Shown: in pieces, positions 49,300 through 61,990 of the stretch
Layout: each line of letters starts with the position of its first letter
Position numbering within the stretch: the first letter of the stretch is position 1
Assembly (NCBI GenBank): GCA_965112155.1
Contig: OZ218102.1
Origin: Podarcis liolepis
Lineage: Eukaryota
Reading direction: 5' to 3' (one strand)
DNA: 64,000 nucleotides
Translations under genes and position numbers: made by a program
The notes under the pieces: generated by a model
The model's database searches: none
Seen by the model: only the letters and a program-made list of their open reading frames with translations
Told to the model about the DNA's origin: nothing

Positions 49300-49950
49300 C
49301 AGAGTAACATGCTCTGGAAAGCAGGCTCCCATCAACCTCTGGCCATAGCATTCTGCACTAGTTGCTGTTTCTGCTGAGAGCCAGTGTGGTGTAGTGGTTA
49401 AGAGTGGTAGACTCGTAATCTGGTGAACCGGGTTCACTTCCCCTCTCCTCCACATGCAGCTGCTGGGTGACCTTGGGCTAGTCACACTTCTCTGAAGTCT
49501 CTCAGCCCCACTCACCTCACAGAGTGTTTGTTGTGGGGGAGGAAGGGAAAGGAGAATGTTAGCTGCTTTGAGACTCCTTCGGGTAGTGCTAAAGCGGGAT
49601 ATCAAATCCAAACTCTTCTTCTTCTTCTGAGCGCTTTTCAAAGGCAGCCCCACTCTGAGCACACTGCAGCAGTCTAGTTGGAATGTGATTCACGCGTACA
49701 TGACTGTGGCGACAACTACCTTTCTCAGGAAAGGGCACAACAAGCACATCAGGAGAAGCCATACGCTGACCCATTCAGGAGCAAAGCTGGATCCTCCTGA
49801 AATGCTCCCAAGCTGTGACTCTGATCCTTCAAGGCGAATGGTGCCCCATTCCAAACAAGCTGTAGACATCATCTCAGGTGCTCATCTTTCCAATGAGCAA
49901 AAGCACCTCTGTCTGGAAGTCTTGTTTTGTTAACCCACATCCAGTCCACT
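49300..49950 (-). mobile_element. Old L2-clade RT fragment split by a SINE
   Basis: LDCCSVLRVGLPLKSAQK | QLVQNAMA continues across the SINE. Confidence 0.75.
49376..49627 (+). mobile_element. Young Squam3-type SINE with (CTT)n tail
   Basis: gagagccagtgtggtgtagtggttaagag ... gatatcaaatccaaactcttcttcttc. Confidence 0.9.
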
Positions 49951-50421
49951 TCTCACCTGGCTCAAGACCTCCACTGCCTCCTGGAACTGGATGGGAAGAA
50001 GGAGAGTCTGATCTGGTTGGCAACAGCCTACTGATGGAACTGCACCCCAAATATCCATTTGACCTCTCCACCTCACAGCTTCCCCACAGACATGCATTTC
50101 TGACTTGCTTTCCAGTTGTAGCTACTGTATTAGAAACTAGTTCTGTGTAACAAACACTGGCCCCAAAGATAGGCGTGCATTCCTATTCCAATGAAAACTT
50201 CATGCAGTCAGTTCAATGGGGATTGGATGTGCATTGCAATGGAGATGTGCACTCAGAAGCCCATGCAGATATTCTTTCAGAAGGCTGCTTATGCACACAC
50301 CCATCTCTCTTGGTAGACCAGGTTCAGTGTTACCAGCTGCCCAGGATTACAGTTGCTCAAGTCAATCTCTAAAGAAGTAAATACTTGGGTCCCTTTTGGG
50401 GCCTATTGACATGATGAATGC

Positions 50422-50881
50422 CAATGGGGCAAAATGGCGACAAGCCTTCTCTTCAAAAATGTCATTTCTACATTCAGCATTGGGTGAACCTTGGTCCTGG
50501 TTGGAGGGGAGGTTGTAGCCTCTACCTGCCCCTTCAAAGGTAAGGGGTATCCCATTAAGGGGATCCGGGAGGAGTTGCTTCTGTCTGGACGCCCAGGCAG
50601 GGGCTAGGGCCATAGCATTCCTCAAGGTGGTGATCCTGTGGGGGCACTACTATTTGATATAAGTCATAGGACTTCTTCGCTGCTGGATTGACCCAAAAAA
50701 GTATACTTCCAGTAGTCAATGGTTGTACCCAACACTTATGCCAAACCTCTTACATCTGATGTGACCCAAAGTAATTATTGTCTTATCTGGTTCTTTCCAT
50801 AAAGTTGAGTCGGTGGGGGGCTGTGGCGCCTGGTCACGCAATGGGGCAAAATGGTGACAATCCTTCTCTTCAAAAATGTCA
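50422..50881 (+). repeat. 374-bp insert flanked by 43-bp direct repeats
   Basis: caatggggcaaaatgg(c/t)gacaa(g/t)ccttctcttcaaaaatgtca at 50422-50464 and 50839-50881 (41/43). Confidence 0.9.
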
Positions 50882-51644
50882 CTCACTGCAGCTACCTTTG
50901 CTTCCATGACCCTGTGATTTCATGGCTCTGTCATGTTGCCTTTTAAAAAGTGCAGACCTTAGAAAATCTGTTATCTCTCAAAGTCCTTTCAATCTGCTAT
51001 ATAAATACCTAATTATGGGCTCTTTCAGCTGGGTATAATTTTCTTGGTGGTTTATAACAGCTGCACTGAAGCTATTACGGTTTATCATTTAAACAACAAA
51101 TTAGGGGTTTCTTAATTAATGGATCCTTCAGTCAAGGGATCTTTGGCAGCCACTAAAAGCTGGTCTATACCATGTTGGGCTGGAAAACACAGGGAAAACA
51201 TCACTCAAAGCAGGACCAGGGAACCTTTCTCAGCTCAAGGCCCCTTTCCCTTCTAGGCAATTTCCCAAGGGCCACATGCCAGTGGTGGAGGGGACCGGCA
51301 TCAGAAGTGGGCGGAGCAAGAGATGTAATTCCCCCCTCTCTGTAATAGGCTACTTTCCACACCCACTCGCGCACCCCTCTCTGTCCTCCACCCAAGACAA
51401 GCAAGAGGCAATATCAGAGTTGAAGGAAACATCTCAGCAAGGCAAAAACTCAAGGTGTGAAGTGTGGGAGATTAAGGAGCCAGACATAACGGTGCATAAT
51501 TGCCAGAAAGAAAGGGGTTAAGGACCACAGAGCTGTAAATTTCTAGAGAAGGCTTGGCACGCCCCCACATCTTTGGAGAGGGAGGGAGGAAAGGTTGTTT
51601 CCTGTTCCTTTGTCTGTATCCCTCTTCTGTTTGAACCATATAAG

Positions 51645-51855
51645 CTGAGCACACATTTCAGAACCTGTTGCGGCCTCAGTACAGCTGGGCACTTCCATTG
51701 CTGGGCTCCATTGAAAACGGCTTCTCCGTGCGAACCAGGAAGTGACTTCTCCAGACAATGGAACGACTCTTCTTTTCTTATCTTTGTGGCTGTGATCTCC
51801 TGGGTGATGTGGATGCCATTAGGCAGTTGAATGTGCATGTGTACTCCATCCGTTT
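51645..51855 (-). repeat. Unclassified interspersed repeat, homologue of 14480-14690
   Basis: Shared ttgaaaacggcttctc core and collinear flanks. Confidence 0.7.
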
Positions 51856-51914
51856 CCCTCTCTCTTCCACTCCGCGTGGTCCCCGGGTGCTGGCAACCCA
51901 TGCTATGACACTGA

Positions 51915-52040
51915 CGCTTCTGAATATCAGTTGCTGGAAGCCGGAGGAAGGGAGAGCGCTCTTGCCCTTGGGTGCTGCTTGCATTGTGCGAACAGGATAC
52001 GAGACTAGATGGGCCATTGGCTTGATCTAGCAAGCTCTTA
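51915..52040 (+). mobile_element. CR1 3' end fragment
   Basis: gaacaggatacgagactagatgggccattggcttgatctagc. Confidence 0.65.
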
Positions 52041-52993
52041 AGTGTAAAATGTTGGGCTTTTAGATGGATGTCTTGTGAGAAGATTTATGTATCAACATTC
52101 TTTCCCCTCCACCCCAATATTCTGTGTTCTCGCCCTCTCTCTTGTCTTCTCTCCCCAACCCTCAGCTTCTTTCTTTTGGCCTCAGCGTTTAAATTAAAAG
52201 AAGACAGATTCACAAATGGGCCCACAAACAAGATTTCAACAGTTACAAACTGGCAATGATATACATGGAAGGGGTCGAATTCATCTGTATATTCAAACTG
52301 CAACGTTTGTATTCTAGATTGTAGACTGTAGAAACTGACCCCCTACCTTCTCTTATTGACTGGCAATCGCACAACAAATTTCAGGTTTTGGATTGATCCC
52401 CAGGTATGTATAGATGGCAAGTGTTGCTGACACTTTTTTTGGGTAGATTTTTCTTGAAAAATAAGTTAACTATGCTTGAGATGATCTGAATTGGGGCCTG
52501 TTGTCCCAAATCACATTGCCTTTAAATGATGCAGTGACAATGCCACCAGCTTTTATTTGCTTCCAGATCATATAAATCAGCTATTGGAAATCTGTATCAT
52601 TAGCACTATTGCTTTCCACTGAGAAATGGCTGCGAGTAATGGATTAGCCTGTCTACCTCATCCTCTCCCTGGAAAACAATATATACTGGGGCTGATCAAT
52701 ACTCTGATCCAAGTTAGTTATGGGAGTGACAGATGTAGATATTTTGTCCTCTCGAGGTTTAGGTATGATACACCTTTGAAATAAGAATATTCTCCAGGGT
52801 CTGTGAGGTTCTCTGAGTGGAGTTGCTACTAGACTCCTTAAGGAGACACAGGTGGTAGTTAGGGAAGTATGTCTCCGAGCTGATCTCTACATGCCACACC
52901 AAACCACACGGTAATGCCTTCTTGTGGGTGCAGGCAAGGCCTGTCCTACATTAGGCAGAATGAGGTGACCTGTCTCGGCTGGCAAATGTGAGG

Positions 52994-52994
<1 letters not shown>

Positions 52995-53038
<44 letters not shown>
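52995..53038. repeat. (GCA)14 trinucleotide repeat
   Basis: Read directly. Confidence 0.97.
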
Positions 53039-53039
<1 letters not shown>

Positions 53040-55367
53040 CCTCCAGCTGCTCATCCAGAGTCCCCTGGCCGTACCCTTGTGCTGGAGAACAGAGAGGTGT
53101 GTGCCACATGGCCTGTCTGCCTGCTGCCGTCAGCTGCACTGGATGGCACTATCCTGCTGCCCGCATTGATGTCATATCCAAGTGACAGGCTGGCTGGTTC
53201 TTTTATATGGAAAGGGTCCTTCACTTGAGGCAGTCATGGATCAGCCCTGGGTGTAAGTTAGAGTGGGCTACCCCAGGCCACTGGGCTGTATCTGGCCCTC
53301 AAAATGTTTGTTTAGCCCCACCAGGCGCCCCAAATTTTCATTAAAAAAACCCAAGTGCTTCCCTGACTCCCACATTGAGATGCCACAATAATGAAAGTGG
53401 CTTATTGCATCCCCAAAGTTTTAAAAAAATATTTTATTTTATTAATTTAATTTTTAAATTCTTAGTAACTTAAAAAAAAGAGTTTTGACTAACAACCCCT
53501 AAATCCCAGAATGTACTGCCAAAAGGCATTTTATGCCCCCACAAGCCCTCCCCCATCTCCCCATTAAAAAAAAAAAACGCTAAAAGAAATTATTGGCCAC
53601 TCCTGATGGTCCTCTGAGGTGACGCTGTGGTGCTGAATGTTTTTGTGAGGGTCTCCCCAGCCGCCACACCTCCCAAAGTTTGTCTCTTATAAAAAAAACA
53701 AACTGGTGACACCCTCTTCTACACTTTGACCACACCTACTTTGATATACCCTGCCCCCAGGAGGGTTTCCTTCTAAGCTCTCTTCATTTCATCCGTCCAA
53801 TTTGGAATAATAATAATAAAATGCTGTCCTTTTAAGAGGCCACATGCCTTAGGCAGAGGGGATGGAATCTAGGAGCAGTCATTTGGACTGGGGGGGGCGT
53901 AAGGCCTCAGGCAACCTCCAGCTTTTGTTAGAACAAACTTCTCACTTGCTGCAGATGCTGCATTGGCTCTGCCGACGTGTTTACACAGTGCCAACCTGTC
54001 CACACCTTGCCCCTCCTAGTAAGCTTCAGCGACTCAGCTGTTGGGAGGTCAGGTGTGTGCCACCACTTTCCATACTGCCCACTGCAGGGAGCCAGATGGC
54101 CTAATGGTCAGACTTAGTATATAACTCACTTCCTGCAGTCTTCAGAAACGTTTTTGTTTACTGCACTCCAAAGCATGTTTACTCTCAGAAGCAAATAAGC
54201 TTCACGGAGTTCAGTGGGACTTGCCCTTTCGCAGTTTTGCTTGCAATGGCACTCTGTGTGAAAACAGTCTGGGTTAAATCTTTAAAGTCACTCGGAAAAT
54301 AGGCTGTATAGGTCAATACCTGAGATTCTGAGTGCATAACCAGACTTTCAAAGAAACCATTTCAAGCGGCAAAGGAGCGTTATGCAAGTCAACCATCAGC
54401 GCCATGTCATTATCATTGTCACAGCGAACAGTATGTCACTTTCCTAACTAAAATAATGTGCTATTAATAGCCAATTTTATATAACTAGCAGGAATTTCTA
54501 GCGGAACTCATTACACAACGCCTCCCCTGAGCACATCCCCATAAGCGGCAAGCCAATCCGATTGGCTCAGCTTCCAGAAATGAGCATTTGTCACCCAGCT
54601 GACTACTTCTGTGACAGATTAAGGTTTGATTCCACTGCCAGGATTTTTATTATTTTTAAAGGTAGTAAAAGTGCCTTACATGGATCTCTTTACCCGTCAC
54701 AATATTAATTTAGCTTCTGAGAACAGATTGGAGAACTGAGTGACTGCAGCAAGGGAAGGGGCGGAGGACAGTGACAGAGATGCTAAGTCACTGCCGGCAA
54801 AAGATCGGTGTCATAGGCAGGGCCAGTTCCCATGATGGATCTTGTGTGATTTCTCAAAATATCTGGAAGACTCTCTCCCCTCCCTGCAGACCCTCCACTG
54901 CCCTCAGAAGGTCAGGGGGGTGGTGCTCTGGGAGCCCCTGTGGCAGCCCCATATCTGTGGAGATCCCTCTCTAGGCGAGCGTCCAGCACTTTCATTATGT
55001 AAATTTCATCATATGGTGAACTGGTGCCTCTTTGCCCTGGCCTCTGGCACATGAGAGTGATTCTAGGGCCTGTCCTATTCTCCGCACTGTACTTTGTCTT
55101 TAACGGATTTTGATATTGTCTTCTTAAATGGTTTTAACCTGCCCTGGGACCTCGTAGCGAAGCACAGGTAGGAAGTCTAAATAATGGCAGCAATACTATT
55201 ATTGCAGACTGCACAAGCTCTGCTTAAGTCATGGCTTCTCCCTCGAAAAACCACAAAGACTGCTGCTTCACTAGGAGAGATGCAGGATCAGACCAAGGGT
55301 CTCACCTAGTTCAGCATTGTATTCCCAACCCTACCCAGCAGGTTCTTCCAGGAAGTAGGTGGTTTTA

Positions 55368-55480
55368 TTTATTTATTAGTTACATTTCTATCCCACCTGT
55401 CCTCTAAGGAGCTCAAGGTGGTGTATTTGGTTCTCTGACTGCACTTCATTTTATCCTCACAACAACCCTGTGAGGGAGGT
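55368..55480 (-). mobile_element. Old Squam3/MIR-like SINE 3' half
   Basis: aggagctcaaggtgg...ttttatcctcacaacaaccctgtgagg. Confidence 0.7.
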
Positions 55481-56770
55481 TTTTCTACCGGCCTATACCC
55501 CGTGAATTTGCTTATATTGCCCCTCCTCTACAGGATCAGTCACTGACTTACTCTGCCTTTCTGCCACTAATTTTGTCAACTGCTTTGAGGATGCTTTTTT
55601 AAAAAAACAACAAAAAACTTACAAACAAACAACAAACATTAACTTGAAACTTCCTGTCGTGGCAGCAGATCTTGGTCTGTTCAGTGAAGCACAGCACAGC
55701 TTCCTGTGTGCATTTCAGACATACAAGCTTGGCTCTCTCTCTCTCTCTCTCTCTCTCTCATCCTTGACCCTTACTTCTGTCTTCCCTCTTCCCCCCTCCT
55801 CTCTGCCTGCTCTGCCCTCTCTGATTGTTTTCTTGGAACTAACCTCAGATTGGTTTCTCAACGGTACCAATCCTCCTGGACTTCTATGCTTTCTCCTGGC
55901 TTCATCACCTCAGGCAGTACTGTGACTGCCCTGTGACTTGATCACCAGAGGCCCTGTGGCAACGAACCTGTTATGAAAGCATGAATTGGCTGCACAGAAA
56001 AGCATCTTTATGAATTGGCAGGAGACATCATGTGGAAGTTCTGTCTGGTGATTCCACAGCAATAGTCCATCCTTCCATGGTGTTTGTTGTCAGATGCTGC
56101 TGCAGTCAGTGAGCGATGAATATAAATGTTTGAACTCAGGACTTAAGCCTTATTTGTGTGTTTAGGTAAAAGCAGCATGTGGCATTTAAGTAAGGAAGAA
56201 CATGCACGCAAGTCCCACACGCAACATCTCTGTACTCGCCAACTCTATTTCAGAGTTGTGAGTTCGGTGTGAAGATCCTAACTGCGTTCAAGTGAACACA
56301 CTTAGAAGGTCCCCTTCTACTGGGAACCCTGTAATAGCAGCAGGGGGCGGGGAACCAAATATCTCTTCCTTTATTCTTGCCTATGAATGAACTTAGGGGA
56401 AAAGAGTGCAGCGTAGACCACAGAGGAAGCAGAGAGGATGAGCAATCTGCAAAAACTGGCAAAAAAGAGTAGGAAATGTTGGACGTATAGAGTTTAGTCT
56501 GAAGGCTGTCCCACTTCCACCTAATATAGTGTGTGCTGGGTGGAGTACCTAGCACAATGTTGTCAGGAGTATGATGTGTGATACTAAGCTCTGAGGTAGC
56601 GAAGAGCCATACTCCATCTGCAGTGGTGACCCAGAGCTCTGCTAAGCTGCTGCGGAGTAATCTGGGAGGGCGTGGTTTGCAGGTGAGAAACAGCAGGTGA
56701 AGGGTGCTTAACTCTTCCTCTTGCATCACCCCCCTCCATCCCATCCACTTTTTTAATGCAATACAACATA

Positions 56771-57182
56771 CTGTATTTTTCCGTGTATTGGACAAGGTGT
56801 TTTTGACACAAAACTCATGTCAGAAAACTGGGGTCATCCAATACACAGATAGTGGCATGGGGGAGAGATGGCCCTGTGGGCAGGGAGTGATGTGGGGGTG
56901 CTGGCTAGTGGTGCACAGCTTCTCCCAATGCCACAGCAAGTGTGGAGCAATCTGGGGGTGCTGGCTGGCAGCGCGCAGCTTCCCCCAGTGCCGCTGCACA
57001 CCGGAAGCACTCCCTGGATCGTTTCCCACGCGCAGAGGCATGGGAGAAGTTACTCTCTGGCCAACCAGCTGGCTAGCTGGAGCGCAACTTCCCTTGATGC
57101 TGCCGCATCATTTTCTGAAAATTGAGTCCCCCAAAATAGAGGGTCTTATACACAGGGGCGTCTAATAGACAGAAAGGTATGG
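56771..57182. mobile_element. Tc2/pogo-like non-autonomous element with an internal 60-bp-period duplication
   Basis: TA-ctgtattttt...gaaaggtatgg-TA; ends homologous (inverted) to 16400-17031; tgggggtgctggct repeated near 56893 and 56953. Confidence 0.7.
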
Positions 57183-58904
57183 TATACACATTCAGAAACC
57201 AGCTACATGGTTATAGCAGCTAGAGGATATGTGTGCGTATAGGTTAAAAAGTGCGGGAGAAGGAGGGAAAGTAAACCCACACACCATTTCTCTGCTTCAG
57301 AGAGAGGCCTCCTCCTAATATTTTGAGGACATGGGTTCTGAGTCTCCACCAAATGTGTAGTTTGGCCCAAAGCTTTCAACTTTTGGTTCCTGGAGAAGCA
57401 AAGTTGAGTTTTTGAAGTGATGGGTCTTATTTCTTAGTGACCAAGGCTGATAGCGTAAGCCATCCTTTCTAATTCCCCGGGCCTTGTAAATAAAGTTCCA
57501 CCCGAGAAGCCAAGCATGAAAGGATAGGAATGAAAACACTCTGATAGATAAGATATTGCAAGAGACTGTCAGACTCTCGCTCAGAGAATGAAATAACACT
57601 CTGGATACTGTCATTGAAAAACAATAATGAAAGAGTACACCATTTTCTTAACTGAAGCACTATCATGTCTGTGTTACTGCCACACAACATATTTTTCCTC
57701 CAAAGATGTCAATTTCAAGCTATGACTATTGATCTCTATCCAACACTCAGAATTAACTGCCCCGCGCAGGAAAAGTGGCAGAGAATCACTTCTGAACATC
57801 AAACAGCAGCAAGTCAAAAGGGTCAGTTCAAAGTCAGAATTTGACGAGTGGCGTGTCGTAAACTTAAACCTTTACATCTAGCGTGACATATGGACTGCTC
57901 TTCATGGGACTTTTGTTTAAAACCATAAAGGTATGGCAGGCCTGGGAAAGAATAGATGTGATCTGGAAGGAAACCTTTCTACAAAAAAAAAAAACCAAAA
58001 TGGAAAAAAACTACACAATCCTATGTGCCGCAGACAGTGGAGTATATGCGGCAGACGGGCCAATGGAGAGTGCTCAGTGCTTTTCAGGAAGCAGCACACC
58101 CCTTTGGCATATGTACATTATTCACAAGTTTCATTATTCACAAGTTTCCACTTGTTTCATTTTCAGTTGGAAGAGATGAAATGATGATCAAACTACACAG
58201 AACTCCCAGAATGCATTAACAAAGGTTGTGGCGGTTCAATTAAAACGTCATGCTTCATTTTCTAAAACTTGGCATTGGCTTTGGATGAAACCACAGGAAA
58301 AGTATGGGAAGTCTCCATGGGGGCCAAAGTTCTCAGGTCGGAGTTAATTTTGAATGTTCTTTTTAAGGCCAACATAGATGCTTTGACTCTGGTTTTTCGG
58401 ATGCCACAGGATGTCTGATGCACTGCCACAAGCCAACTTAAATGTCATAGGGTGGTCTCCTTGTGGGTGAAGGAGCTGACAGATGGCAGGACTGCAAAGG
58501 GGATAGGTAGGAGAAGGGGCAACAGTTCCTTTGTCTCCTGCTATAGTGGAAGATTTGAAGGGCAGCAGCAACCCTAAATACGGCTTTGTAGCAGCAAAGT
58601 CGTACACCCATACATTGTGGCCTGATGGAACTGATACATTTCCCTGCACAATTCAAAGTGTCAGTTATAACCTTTAAAATGGGAGCTAACCCAAAGCTTA
58701 TTGGTGGCTCCCAAAGCCCCTCCCCCCACTTGTCAATTGTGAGTTGGTTTATTACCATTAAATTTTCCCAATCAGGGGTAGAAGACATAAATCGGGGGAC
58801 AGGCAAGGGGTTGGAGGTTCGGCAGGGGTTGGTGAGCAGCACGAGCAGAGACCAGCCTCCAGCATTTGTGCATTATTATTCTTAGTTGCCTTCAGTACCT
58901 AGTA

Positions 58905-59709
58905 CATACTCGCCAACATTTCTCCAATGAAAACGGACGTCATATTCCACAATAGTAATGATTTTATTTATACTCCACTCATCTGACTGGGTTGCCCCAG
59001 CCACTCTGGGCAGTTTCCAACATATATGAAAAGATAATAAAACATTAAAACAACTTCCCTATACAGGGATAGTCTCGGTTTTACAGAAGCCATTCCAGTT
59101 TCTGATTTGATATTGGAATGTCTTGCTATTTTCATTGGATAAATGTTGGAGGATATAGAGTTATGCAACCCCCCCAAGCCAACCTTTAGAACATACAGTG
59201 GTGCCTCGCAAGACGAAATTAATTCGTTCCGCGAGTTTTTTCGTCTAGCGAATCTTTCGTCCTGCAAAGCACGGTGTCGGAAAAGTTTTGGAAAAGCTTC
59301 AAAAATCACCAAAAACCTCAAAAAAAGGCTACCACTCCTCGAAGTCAAGTCGCAACTGTATTAACGGTGTTAAGAAAAAGGAAACAAACTTGCAAGACGT
59401 TTTCGTCTTGCGAAGCAAGCCCATAGGGAAATTCGTCTTGCGAAGCAGCTCAAAAACCGCAAAACCCTTTCGTCTTGTGAGTTTTTCGTCTTGTGAGGCA
59501 TTCGTCTTGCGGGGCACCACTGTATCTGAAGGCAGCCCTGTATAGAGAAGTTGTTTAAAATGCTTAATATTTTATTATGTTTTTGTATATGTTGGAAGCT
59601 ACCCAGAGAGGCTGGGGCAACCCAATAAGATGTGTGGGGTATAAATAGTAAAATTATCATTATGCAATGGGATGCCCATATTTTCATCAGATAAATGTTG
59701 GAGGGTATA
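58905..59709. mobile_element. Composite fold-back hAT-like element with L2 tails in both arms
   Basis: 58905-59068 and 59536-59709 are inverted repeats; outer ends catactcgccaacattt/aaatgttggagggtata; third TIR copy at about 59127-59158. Confidence 0.75.
59196..59522. mobile_element. Tc1/mariner (Tigger-like) MITE, nested
   Basis: TA-cagtggtgcctcgcaagacgaa ... ttcgtcttgcggggcaccactg-TA. Confidence 0.92.
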
Positions 59710-60283
59710 GCCTTCGTGTATGTTATCTTCCCAAATATACACATTTTTCACGCAGACTTTACCCCTCTGTGTGCTTTTTTCTACACCTTGCTGTGCTGGA
59801 GAAGTGCATTGCAAAATTCAGAGAGGTGAGAATTTCAAAGGATGGCAGTGGCTGAGTTCACATACTGATTCAGAAAGTGCAAATTAGGCAAGCTTGTATT
59901 TGAATGCAAACTAATGAAACTAATTTATCCCTTATCGCTTGTAGGTGGGCATCATGAGATTGTGTGCTGTTGCAGGGCTCAACCCTCTTTCATAAAATTA
60001 AGAAGGGTGGGAGCTGGCATGACCTGAGAACCTTACCCATCAAAAGAGAGCTTTATAGGGCATAAGACAACACGACGACTTTGTAGGTGTTTGCTTCCCT
60101 TTTGTACTGTATATAACCTGCACAGTAACACACAGAACGGCAGGTCACCGGAGACCTAAAAAACCCTTTTAGAGAGACTTGTTCTTGAAGGCCTTGTGTA
60201 GCAAGGCCTTGGAGGTGTAATACTGATTTGACTCAGGGCCATACAATGCCTTTGTACCACTGAAGATAAACTGAAATAACATA

Positions 60284-60525
60284 CAGTGGTACCTCAGGTT
60301 AAGTACTTAATTCGTTCTGCAGGTCCATTCTTAACCTGAAACTGTTCTTAACCCGAAGCACCACTTTAGCTAAAGGGGCCTCCTGCTGCTGCCGCGCTGC
60401 CGGAGCACGATTTCTGTTCTCATCCTGAAGCAAAGTTCTTAACCTGAGGTAATATTTCTGGGTTAGGGGAGTCTGTAACCTGAAGCATATGTAACCTGAA
60501 CCATATGTAACCCGAGGTACCACTG
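60284..60525. mobile_element. Tc1/mariner (Tigger-like) MITE
   Basis: TA-cagtggtacctcaggtta ... taacccgaggtaccactg-TA; repeated taacctgaa. Confidence 0.92.
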
Positions 60526-61990
60526 TACACTTGTTCTTTGATTGTGTGATCTCTCCTTATTTAGAATTTTTACTTAAAAAAACAAACCAACACCTTACCT
60601 CATGACTTTGGATTCAGGTCATAAAGAAAAGGTTTCGGATTTTTTTTTAAAAAAAATTACTTGATGCAATGGTGATAGAATCAGCGTATGCATGTGCTCA
60701 GAAGAGTCTTCCTTTGACCAGGCCAAAGGCCCATCTTATCTAGTGACCAACCAGATGCCTGGAGGAAGCCCACCTGAGTTTATTGGGGCTTTCTCTTCAG
60801 GAAGTGTGTACAGGTTTGCAGCCTGAAGTGTGAAGTCTATCTTTGCAGCGTGATGTTAAATGTGGAAAGCTCCAAGTGCATCGCTACTTCCTGCCTGATA
60901 GTGTTTAGTGTCCTCCCTCCCACATCGATTTCCATATCAAGAAATTTGCTCCTTTCATTCTTACTTAAGTGACAGCCTTATCAGGAAACCGGAGGCTGAG
61001 AAGTTAACATGTTCCAAAAAACAGTCTAAAGGTCACTTCAAAAGTTGCAGTTGATGGTTTCAGCAGCCACCCACCACTGTTGTTGATCATAGCAGGGGAG
61101 TGGGGAAATGTTTGTCTATTTATTTAATTACAAGATTTTAAAACTACCCTTCAAAAATTAGATATCATGGCAGTGCACAAAATAAGAACAAAATGATCTT
61201 ATAACCATAAATACAACCATGAAATGAAAACAATGGTCAAAACAACTTTAAGAGGTGGTAAAACCCAGAAGGGCAGACTGCACCACTAAAATGCTCAGAC
61301 AAACAGAAACATTTTGGCACCAAAATGGTAACAAATTCAGCTAAATTCTGTACTATTGTATAGTTAACACATAACCCATAAATATGAACTCTGGTGTACC
61401 TTTTGGAGCAGTGGGCAAGGTTTGAAAATGCCTTCCCTGTGTTCAGTGCAAACATATATTTTTCTGTCCTAATTCTTAAAAAAAGAAAGTTTCCAGCGTT
61501 AATAGCGTGAACTGGGGAAAACCCGACTGCAAAGGAAATGTATTGACCAGCGCCAGTGATGTCATGAACACTTCTACCCTCAACTTCTACAGTAGTCTTA
61601 CAAGGGTTACATTTCAATTGTTGTGATTTTGATTTCATTTTGCAAGGCAGACATATAAATGTAAATCTGCAACTTTTTTTAAAAAAGACACACATACGTC
61701 AAACAGCCTACCTGAAGCATGAAAGGGTCAAGAGAGTAGCAGCTGAGCCAATTTACTTGATTTTATGTATGTGATATTAGTTGTGAATTCAGGCTCCCAA
61801 ATAGAACTGCTTTTAAAATGTTTTTGCCCCAGTAAAAAGACACCTCAGGCTAAACTGGATATAATGTGGGAGATCCATGATAAGATGTCGTGGCATATTT
61901 TTCCTTGGTTGTGTGCGCACTGCTTGATAATGTTGGCTGCAGTGCTGGATGCAGGCATCTTTTTAAAGTGCTGTGCATACAACACCGTCT

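Noticed and set aside
52988-53185. Poly-Ser/poly-Leu ORFs over the (GCA)14 tract
   Set aside because: Microsatellite artefact; no exon context
56250-56795. Longest ORF, 181 aa
   Set aside because: Starts inside a transposon end; no recognisable domain or splice signals
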